This document shows positions 25,075-33,600 of a stretch of DNA of 46,519 nucleotides, in pieces (position 1 is the first letter of the stretch; every line of letters starts with the position of its first letter). The notes under the pieces were generated by a model. The model was given only the letters and a program-made list of their open reading frames with translations. It ran no database searches and was not told where the DNA came from. The translations under genes and the position numbers were made by a program. Origin of the DNA: a virus (Duplodnaviria > Heunggongvirae > Uroviricota > Caudoviricetes); IMG/VR virus record IMGVR_UViG_3300025387_000013, positions 1-46,519 of that record; one strand, written 5' to 3'.

Positions 25075-26160
25075 ATGCTTAAGTATAACTTATACATGAT
25101 TGGTAACATATATTTTGAAATCCTAGAAGCCTGGGAGAACAAAGAATATTATGTTAAAATTGTAGAACAAAAAGGTGATGAAAGATATTTTATTTATGGT
25201 GAAACCTTAAGGCCAGGGATGTGGCTTAGAAGTGATAGATCCTATCTAAGTGACTATTTTGTAGAGATTTGGGATGGTGATCAGTTAAGAGAAGAGATAG
25301 ATGTAATTAAACACATCACTAGTCTGAAGGTTTTTATAACCCTTGAATCTAAGTCTATAGGAGATAACTTAGCTTGGATACCTTATTGTTTAGAGTTTAA
25401 AAAACAATACAAATGTGATGTTGTAGTTTCTACATTTCATAACACTCTATTTAAGAGTGTATATCCAGAGCTATCATTTGTTGAACCAGGATGTGTTGTA
25501 CATGGTATTATGGCTATGTTTCATGTTGGTTGGGATTGGAATCCAAACAATGAACCTCAGGAACCAAATCTTATTCCTTTACAAAAAGCTGCTACTAACA
25601 TTCTTAATTTAGAATTCAGAGAGATAAAACCTAGAATAGCATTTCTTCCTAAGAAAAGACCTATGAAGGATAAGTATATTGCTATATCAACAAGATCTAC
25701 ATCTCAAGCAAAACATTGGTATTATTGGCAAGATCTAATAAATATTCTTAAAGAGAAAGAATATAAGGTGGTGGAAGTATCTTTAGAAGGATCTGACTTT
25801 CAAGGACTTGAACCAGTGGAGGATAGAAGCCCTGAGAATGTAATGAATCTAATTCATTATTCAGAATTCTTAATAGGACTTGGTAGTGGTTCTTCTTGGT
25901 TAGCTTGGGCTCTTGGTAAACGTGTTGTAATGATTTCTAATTTCTCAAAGGATGGTCATGAGTTTACAACCAATTGCATAAGAATCAAAGACACATCTAT
26001 ATGTCATGGATGTTGGAACAATCCAATGTTCAGATTTAATAAGGGAGATTGGAACTGGTGCCCTGAACATGAGCATACAGATAGACAATTTGAATGTCAT
26101 AAGCTTATATCAGCAGAAAATGTAATGAAACAGATAATGAAAAAGGGGCTATTAAACTAG
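25075..26160 (+). CDS. TibC/AAH-like autotransporter O-heptosyltransferase-family protein glycosyltransferase
   Basis: SKSIGDNLAW; STSQAKHW; FLIGLGSGSSWLAWALGKRVVMISNFS; CHGCWN...WCP...FEC (Cx2Cx15Cx11C iron finger, 26002-26097). Confidence 0.85.
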   Translation: MLKYNLYMIGNIYFEILEAWENKEYYVKIVEQKGDERYFIYGETLRPGMWLRSDRSYLSDYFVEIWDGDQLREEIDVIKHITSLKVFITLESKSIGDNLAWIPYCLEFKKQYKCDVVVSTFHNTLFKSVYPELSFVEPGCVVHGIMAMFHVGWDWNPNNEPQEPNLIPLQKAATNILNLEFREIKPRIAFLPKKRPMKDKYIAISTRSTSQAKHWYYWQDLINILKEKEYKVVEVSLEGSDFQGLEPVEDRSPENVMNLIHYSEFLIGLGSGSSWLAWALGKRVVMISNFSKDGHEFTTNCIRIKDTSICHGCWNNPMFRFNKGDWNWCPEHEHTDRQFECHKLISAENVMKQIMKKGLLN

Positions 26161-26168
26161 CCCCTTTT
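26141..26168. terminator. bidirectional intrinsic terminator
   Basis: AAAAGGGGCTA-TTAAAC-TAGCCCCTTTT, an 11-bp perfect stem between convergent genes. Confidence 0.85.
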
Positions 26169-26171
26169 CAT

Positions 26172-26516
26172 TTATAATGATTCTATTTCATTATGTAAAT
26201 CAACAATGGTGGAAGAAACTAATCCCCACTTCACTTGTCTAAATAACTCTTTTAATTTATCAAAATCAGCATCTTCTAAATCTAGAGTGGCTGTTTTAGA
26301 TAAATCAGAATCACTGAACTTACTTTCATCAATTTGAAATTCTGATTTATGTTCATCTAACTTACTTAATAGACGAAGTCTTTTAATCATTTCATCTACA
26401 TTAAATCCTCCTTCTTGAGGATTATTGATTGCCATTTTTAACAAATCATAAGTAGTGAAGAAAGTGTCTCTACCTTGAATGTTTTCTTTTACTACACGCA
26501 GTTTTATTGATTTCAT
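26172..26516 (-). CDS. hypothetical protein, possibly tail-fibre assembly chaperone
   Basis: 114 aa, alpha-helical, last gene of the fibre operon. Confidence 0.6.
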   Translation of the reverse strand: MKSIKLRVVKENIQGRDTFFTTYDLLKMAINNPQEGGFNVDEMIKRLRLLSKLDEHKSEFQIDESKFSDSDLSKTATLDLEDADFDKLKELFRQVKWGLVSSTIVDLHNEIESL

Positions 26517-26531
26517 ATTTGAAGATTTTTA

Positions 26532-26562
26532 CAAAAATAACAAATTAAATTAAACTAACAAT
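26532..26562 (-). promoter_or_regulatory. possible Bacteroidota-type promoter for 26172..26516
   Basis: Minus strand ATTG-N19-TATTTTTG ending 15 nt before the ATG. Confidence 0.45.
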
Positions 26563-26846
26563 TAAATTGTTGTAGTTGTACTAGTGGTTGTTGTAGGAGC
26601 AAATGTTAAATTAAGTGTTTTTGCTGCCCAATTCCAAGCTTGATCATTTGTATTCCAATCAGTTTCATAATCAGGACTTACCATTGATAAGTTTCCTTGA
26701 CTTAACATTACAGTATTTACATCAAAAAGAGCATAATAAAATGATGCTGAATTAATAAGATTGTCATTAATACAATAAAGTTGTAATTGTGTAGCTTGAA
26801 CATTTTGTCCATTTGTCCAAATGTTGATAGGTGTGATTTCTCTCAT
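26562..26846 (-). CDS. tail-fibre-associated small protein with Thr-rich C-terminal tail
   Basis: ITPINIWTNG...SASFYYAL...WNTNDQAWNWAAKTLNLT followed by APTTTTSTTTTI. Confidence 0.65.
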   Translation of the reverse strand: MREITPINIWTNGQNVQATQLQLYCINDNLINSASFYYALFDVNTVMLSQGNLSMVSPDYETDWNTNDQAWNWAAKTLNLTFAPTTTTSTTTTI

Positions 26847-26864
26847 TTGTTTATGTTTTAAATT

Positions 26865-29800
26865 TTAATATCCTTCTATAATTAAAAATCCTGTAGATGT
26901 AGCTCCTGTAACAGTCATTGCAGTAGTAGTTAAAGAAGTAACTAAAGCCGCAGCTAAACCATTGGTTGTTAATATAACAGGGGTTTGAGTAAATGCAATA
27001 GGGAAAGTATAAGCCGCAGTACCTACAAGAGCAGCACAATACACTATTACTTTTTTATAAGACGTTCCTTGTTCAGGTTGAGAATAGTTTGCAGTTCCAC
27101 TTGTTGAACCGTTTACTAATGTTTGGGTTGCGGAGTTTTTTAATACAGTTACTTTTGCACTACCTACTACCTGTAGCTTATCTGTACCATTGTCTGTTGT
27201 AGAGCCTAAGATAATATTTCCACCAACTGATATTCTCATTCTTTCAGCATAAGCAGCCCCAGTAGCAAAAACTAAATTTCCAGTACTATTACCTTGTGTG
27301 CCTATTCCAAAATCATTTGCAAGACCAGCAGTAACAGCAGTTGCAGAACCGATAAGACCAATAGAAGATGATGTGATGAAGTCTATCCAAGGCTTACCTG
27401 CACTACTTGAAATTTGTATAACTCTGCCCGCTGATTCACCACCGATAAATCTTGAAAAACCACCCGTAACTCTTAACCCATAATTTCCAACGCCCGTAAA
27501 CGCACCATTTGTAAAAGTTGGACTTATATCCAATCCTACAAGTACATCAGAGTTAGCAGCAGCTACTAATGTAGGAGTAGCTATTATCCCCTGTGCTAAA
27601 GCAGAAGCAGCAGTTACACTTCCTGTTAGAGTTGTTTGTCCGTTATGTCTGCTTGTTCCTGTTACGTCAAGTTTATAGCCTGCGTCTGTTGTAGAATTTA
27701 TTGCTAAGTTTCCTGTTGCTCCAAAAAACTTTGATAAAACGGTAGCACTTGTATTAGCAAAACCAATATTATTATTATTCCCTTCAAGAACTATTGCTGA
27801 TGTTCCACCATTGTATGCACTTTTAATTTTTGTATTATTAGAGGTTGCGTCCCATGTAAAACTTCCAACATTTGAAGATACCCCAATTTGATAACCTCTT
27901 TCTTGATTTCCACCAGAAGCGTAATTTATATACGCCATTTCTGCTCTATTTCCCCCATTCCCAATATAAAGTTGACCGCCTATTAATGCATCTCCTGATG
28001 TTCTTAAAGCATAAGTACTTACTCCTGTAAAAGCACCATTTGTAAACGTAGGGTTTATATCTAAACCTACTAATACATCATTATTAGCTGCTGCTACTAA
28101 TGTAGTGTTATTATATTCACCTCTTGCTATAGCTCCTGATGCTGTCATAGTTCCTGTAACTGTTAAAGCAGGGTTACCTGTTGAAGTGGCATTGAACTTT
28201 CCACTCCCAGTTACCTGTAGCTTATCTATACCATTGTCTGTTGGTAAACTGGTACCAGCTCCTATATAAACATTTCCTGTGCTAAATGATACAAATCTCT
28301 GATTGCCTAATCCATCGGCTAATATAACTAAACTTGAACTACTAGCAGATAATCCGCTTGAACTACTTGTAAAACCAATAATAGTGTTGTAATTACCAGT
28401 TGATATTGGATTTATACTAGCCCCAGTGTAACTTGAACCTACAAAAGTATTAAATTGTCCAGTTGTAATATTACCGCCAACATAAGCACCTATAAGTGTA
28501 TTTTGACTTCCAGTTGTAACATTATTACCAGCTGTACTACCTACTGCAACATTAAAATTACCTGTTGTTGCCGTCTTTAATGTATTAACCCCTATTGCAA
28601 CACATTCTTGTGCTGTTGAACCACTTGTACCATATAATGATGCATAGCCTAATGCTGTGTTTGTTTTACCAGTTACATAATACATTGATTGTGAGCCAAC
28701 AGCAGTATTTTGTGTGGCAGTAGTAGCAGATTTTAAAGCATCTCCACCAATTGCAACATTATATGCTGCATTTACTAAAAGTCCAGCTCTTATTCCTACT
28801 GCAACATTATCTGAATATTGAGTATTTAAAGCATTTAATGCTTGATAACCTATTGCCGTTGCCCAAATATTACTTTGTGCAGTTGCAGCTAATGCACCAT
28901 TACCTAATGCTATGCTATAAATATCTCCCCCTGCCCCTAGCCCAACCCTAACTGTATTAATATTTGCATCAGAACCAACAATTCTTAATCCATAATTTGT
29001 TACGCCCGTAAAAGCTCCATTAGTAAACGTAGGATTAATATCCAATCCTACTAATACATCATTATTTGCAGCAGCAGTTAATGTAGGAGTAAGATATGTT
29101 CCTCTAGCAATGGCAGAAGCAGCTGTAACACTTGGGCTAACTACAACACCTGTTGTTAAGTCTTGTATAGAACTATTACCAATTGTACTAGCTGATGTAA
29201 ATTTAACTACAGTGTTAGTAGTTCCTGAAACAGATACAGATGTTCCACTTGTTGCAGAGGTTCCACTAGAACCAGATGTAGCTGAAGATCCAGAACTACC
29301 AGAAGATGCTGAAGTTCCACTAGATGCACTAGAACCACTTGTTCCAGAAGTTCCACTAGTTGAAGATGACCCACTAGTTCCAGAACTTGCACTTGTTCCA
29401 CTTGATCCTGAGGAACCAGATGAACCAGAACTAGCTGAGGTTCCTGAGCTACCACTTGTAGATGATGATCCACTTGTTCCTGAAGAGGCACTACTACCAC
29501 TAGACCCTGATGTGCTAGAAGAACCAGATGTACCACTAGTTGAGGAAGATCCAGAACTTCCACTTGTTCCACTGGAACCTGTAGCTCCACTAGAACCTGT
29601 AGCTCCACTAGAACCAGATGTTCCACTGGAACCAGATGACCCACTACTAGCAGATGTTCCACTGGAACCTGTAGCTCCACTAGAACCTGTAGCTCCACTA
29701 GAACCAGATGTTCCACTGGAACCAGATGACCCACTACTAGCAGATGTTCCACTGGAACCAGATGACCCACTACTAGCAGATGTTCCACTAGATCCTGTAG

Positions 29801-30560
29801 CTCCACTAGAACCTGTAGCTCCTGATGTACCAGAAGTTCCTGAAGCTCCTGCAATGTTAAGATTCCATGAATTATATGTATGTGTTCCTTTAACAGTTGT
29901 AACATACACTGTCATAAATCCAGTGATTTTTGAATAGCTCCCTACAACTCCTATAAAATAATCATTGACACTATTACTAACTGATACGTATTGACCAAAT
30001 GTATATGCTAAATCTAAATCAGTGGTTAAACTAATTGGACTACCATATACTAATGTTGCTAGATTTATACTAGTAGTAGAAGTTCCTACATATCTATCTC
30101 CACTTAATCCTGATGTTCCACTAGAACCAGAAGTGGCACTAGATCCTGAAGATCCGCTAGTTCCACTTGTACCATTGACACCAGATGTACCATCCACACC
30201 TGAAGAACCGCTTGTACCATCTACACCAGAAGATCCACTAGATCCTGATGTTCCAGAGCTTGCACTGGTTCCACTACTAGCACTAGTTCCACTAGATCCA
30301 CTAGTAGCACTAGACCCACTAGTTCCACTAGAACCAGCATCTCCTGATGTACCAGAGGTACCATAACTAAGACCACTAGAGCCAGATGTACCTGCTGTAC
30401 CAGCCACAGCATTGTGTACAGCAATGTTTATTTTTTGTAATGCTACTTCTAATGTATCATTATTGTTGACATCTATATATACCAGATTTTGCCCTTCGTA
30501 AAACACGCAGGCAGAATCTAATAATACTGGACAAGTTTTTGCAGAACAAGTAACATTCAT
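26865..30560 (-). CDS. long tail fibre / adhesin-like virion protein
   Basis: N-terminal [17 protein letters not shown] module; two Gly/Ser/Thr repeat blocks; NxAxG beta-roll repeats; three copies of a 45-aa module. Start placed at MNVTCS (30560); track uses 30602. Confidence 0.8.
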   Translation of the reverse strand: MNVTCSAKTCPVLLDSACVFYEGQNLVYIDVNNNDTLEVALQKINIAVHNAVAGTAGTSGSSGLSYGTSGTSGDAGSSGTSGSSATSGSSGTSASSGTSASSGTSGSSGSSGVDGTSGSSGVDGTSGVNGTSGTSGSSGSSATSGSSGTSGLSGDRYVGTSTTSINLATLVYGSPISLTTDLDLAYTFGQYVSVSNSVNDYFIGVVGSYSKITGFMTVYVTTVKGTHTYNSWNLNIAGASGTSGTSGATGSSGATGSSGTSASSGSSGSSGTSASSGSSGSSGTSGSSGATGSSGATGSSGTSASSGSSGSSGTSGSSGATGSSGATGSSGTSGSSGSSSTSGTSGSSSTSGSSGSSASSGTSGSSSTSGSSGTSASSGSSGSSGSSGTSASSGTSGSSSTSGTSGTSGSSASSGTSASSGSSGSSATSGSSGTSATSGTSVSVSGTTNTVVKFTSASTIGNSSIQDLTTGVVVSPSVTAASAIARGTYLTPTLTAAANNDVLVGLDINPTFTNGAFTGVTNYGLRIVGSDANINTVRVGLGAGGDIYSIALGNGALAATAQSNIWATAIGYQALNALNTQYSDNVAVGIRAGLLVNAAYNVAIGGDALKSATTATQNTAVGSQSMYYVTGKTNTALGYASLYGTSGSTAQECVAIGVNTLKTATTGNFNVAVGSTAGNNVTTGSQNTLIGAYVGGNITTGQFNTFVGSSYTGASINPISTGNYNTIIGFTSSSSGLSASSSSLVILADGLGNQRFVSFSTGNVYIGAGTSLPTDNGIDKLQVTGSGKFNATSTGNPALTVTGTMTASGAIARGEYNNTTLVAAANNDVLVGLDINPTFTNGAFTGVSTYALRTSGDALIGGQLYIGNGGNRAEMAYINYASGGNQERGYQIGVSSNVGSFTWDATSNNTKIKSAYNGGTSAIVLEGNNNNIGFANTSATVLSKFFGATGNLAINSTTDAGYKLDVTGTSRHNGQTTLTGSVTAASALAQGIIATPTLVAAANSDVLVGLDISPTFTNGAFTGVGNYGLRVTGGFSRFIGGESAGRVIQISSSAGKPWIDFITSSSIGLIGSATAVTAGLANDFGIGTQGNSTGNLVFATGAAYAERMRISVGGNIILGSTTDNGTDKLQVVGSAKVTVLKNSATQTLVNGSTSGTANYSQPEQGTSYKKVIVYCAALVGTAAYTFPIAFTQTPVILTTNGLAAALVTSLTTTAMTVTGATSTGFLIIEGY
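27471..29117 (-). repeat. three dispersed copies of a ~45-aa fibre module
   Basis: (S/G)A(I/L)A(R/Q)G...TL(T/V)AAAN(N/S)DVLVGLDI(N/S)[12 protein letters not shown](G/A)LR at 28980-29117, 28002-28136 and 27471-27605. Confidence 0.9.
29236..30404 (-). repeat. Gly/Ser/Thr low-complexity repeat blocks with exact DNA tandem duplications
   Basis: [13 protein letters not shown] repeats at about 29236-29850 and 30100-30404. Exact 90-nt unit at 29566-29655 and 29656-29745; 36-nt subunit at 29620, 29710 and 29746. Confidence 0.9.
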
Positions 30561-30633
30561 AGTAGTGAGGTTTGATATATAACAAAATGCATGGAAGACC
30601 ATGCACTAGTTAATGTAAAAGTAGTTAATAAAC

Positions 30634-30660
30634 ACTTATTACCAAAGAGTTGTAATAAGT
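30634..30660. promoter_or_regulatory. 9-bp inverted repeat between the large protein gene and the fibre gene
   Basis: ACTTATTAC-N9-GTAATAAGT; on the minus strand it is followed by GTTTATT (weak terminator-like). Confidence 0.35.
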
Positions 30661-30677
30661 TAGATGATATAATATAG

Positions 30678-33600
30678 CTATCTACTAAACCCTGCTTGAG
30701 ATTGCTGTTGAACACCTATATATTTAGCCAAGTTTGGAAGAGTCATTGGTAAATATGTTTGTATTTGATTAGTTCCTGGAAGCTCTTCCATTAGATATTT
30801 AATGAAATGTATATTTTTCATATCCTCATTACTTTCTCCTTTGATAAGTCCCCAATTATATTTCATAAAATTAGCTAACAGTTTTTCAAAATCTGTAGCT
30901 AATTTGAATGTAGGAAATATTCCTGTACTTAATAATCCACTAATACTAGATGGATCATAGAAATATGTAAGCTCATCTCTAAACTTATCAGCAGCTTTTA
31001 ACATGAACTTATAACTATTTCTAATTTGCACATCCTCATCTTTGTCTGGCATATTGGCTTTAAGACCTAAGAATATAGACAAGAAGGTAAGACTAGCTAA
31101 CATATCAAATATAGAACCTCTTAAGTTTTTATTATAAAGGTCCATATATTCAGCTTCTGTCATTTTAAATTCCTTACCTGTCTGTTTCTCATAGTCTGCT
31201 TTTTTCTTTTCATAATCTTCTCTCATTCTATTAAATCCTGATTCACTTGTAGTGCCTGAGAATAAAGCTTTTAAATTATCAAGGCTATAAAAAGTTCTTT
31301 TAGTCACCTCATTTGCTAAAGTTCTCATTCTACCAAACTCATGTGCATCAGATGCTGAATTATATTTAAGATCACCAAATCTTACATCCACTAATCTAGG
31401 TATCCATCCTTTAAACATGGATATGGAATCTGAGAATAGCTGAGCGTTTAACATTCTTTTTTGAGATTCTGGAAGAGTTCCCAAAGCATCTGAATTTATT
31501 TGTTGAATCTTAGCTCTTATTTTAACAACAGTGTCTGATTTTCTATTTACGCCAGGTATAACTAGTTTATTATCAACCACTTCTGCAACATTTAATACAC
31601 CATGTTCTTTATTAAGTCTTTCCACTTCTTTTTCAAATGCTTTCTTTTTAGCTATTTGATCTGCTTGAGAACCAGCAAACATATTCTCATATTCAGGAAG
31701 TGTTTTTACATATTCTCTAGTGTTATGAAGAACTCCATCTATCACTATTGTATTTTTAATAAAGGCTAAGAAGTTGGTAGTTTGAACAAATTTCTCTGAA
31801 CCAGTCATTAAACCCATCATAAAATGATTAATCTTATCACCATCTAACTTATTTATAGACAGTTTTCTAGCATAATCTCTACTATAATTTTCTGATAGGG
31901 GAAGAAAATAATCAAGAGCTTTAATAAACTTTTCCTTATTCTTAAAGTTCATTCCAAATAACTTACCTGCAACAGTGGCATGTGCATAGCTATAATCTAT
32001 TCTATTAAAATATCGTTCAGAGTTAATTAATGATTGAAAGCTACCACCTAAAAGGTTAGACAGAGGAGATAGAAAACTAAGACCTAATGTTTTACCTCTA
32101 AAATAGTTATTCAAAGAATTGACAGTTCTATTAAGACTTACTTGTCCTTCTGGAAATATGTTTATCCCAAGAGCTTTATTAACATTCTTGCCCCACTCAC
32201 CAAAGCTTCCTAATAATATATCAAAGTTTTTATCAGCTAGATATTTCTGACTGTATAGAGTTACAGTGATCATATTATCAAATAGCTCAGAATTTTTGCT
32301 ATTATCATTATAGTTAATATCAAGTTTACCATTTTTAAATCTTGATCTTCCAAACCATGATGTATTAATAGATCCTTTATTCTTTTCTATATCTGATAAT
32401 AATAAAGCTTGCCCTTCAAGATCTTGCATATATTTAAATCTAATACCTGCAGCATTATACAACATCATGTTCTTAAATAGGTCTTCGCTTACAGCTTCTC
32501 CTTTAATCTCTTTGGTATAATAAATAGGAATTTTATTTATAACTCCTCCATGACGTGGATCATAATTAGCAAATCCAATTTCATCACTATCAACTGCTAT
32601 ACCATTTAAAAGACTTTCAGCTAACTTAAGATCTCCACCAGAAGCTAATACTTCCATAATACCAGCTTTCATCCAAGGAAGAAATGTTCTAGCTGCTTCT
32701 TCTTTACTTAAATATCCTATAGATGAAAAGAAGTTATTTCTCTCAATTATATAGTCATACAGTTTCTTAGCCACTTCATTTTCTGGTTTGCTAAGTTCTT
32801 TAAACTGTACAGACTCCCACTCACTTCTTAAAGGATTTCTTTTAACTTGTGTATATTGTAACCATCCTTGTCCTTTTTCTCCACTATCATATTTTCTATA
32901 CTCAATTTCTAGTTTCTTTTCAAGCTCTTCATCAGACATGTCGGTAGCAGCTGCTCTATTCTTAATTCTATCAACTTCTTTATCTAACTTCTCCTTCAGT
33001 TCAAGCTTTGTTGCTTCTACATCAACATTATTTCTAATCCATTCTATATCACCATCTTCTATTTTGTCTTTTAGTTCTTTATAGAATAGAGAATTATACT
33101 CATCAATTAATTCATTCTTTCCTTTTTTCTTGAGTATATCGAAATAGTTTTGTCTGGTTAATCCTTTATTCTTAGCCCATTCGCCATATTCATGTTGAAG
33201 ATCTAATAGATAATGAGCATGATCTACAGCATCTTGAGCAGTGTGAGTAAGTAATCTATCATATTTTTTATAATATGTTTGCATTCCTGTAGTTTGAATT
33301 AATGCTGTAGAAAGAAATATTCTAGAAAATCCTTTAACTACTTTATCAGGTTTGCTTAAATCATCTATACCTTCTCTTTTAGCTAATATTTTTTCTCCAA
33401 ATTCACGATTAGCTTTTCTAAGATCATCCATTGCAATTCCTGCAGCATCAACTATATCTCTAAGTTTACTCTTAAGATTCTTTTGTTCTTCTGTTAGTTC
33501 TTCTTCTCCTTTAAATAATTCTCTTAATGCTATGTTTAATGTTAAATATGGTGTTAGAGATATCTCATGATTTCTAAGATCGTGAGAAAAGTCAGTCATA

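Noticed and set aside
29236-30404. Possible CRISPR array or diversity-generating-retroelement repeat
   Set aside because: Repeats are in-frame coding units without unique spacers; no cas or reverse transcriptase gene and no adenine-specific TR/VR pair seen.
29110-30424. Long + strand ORFs (275 aa P/E/V/D-rich, 114 aa) and alternate minus-frame ORFs (232 aa, 67 aa)
   Set aside because: They are antisense or frameshifted shadows of the Gly/Ser/Thr repeat codons, which lack stops in those frames; no independent motifs.
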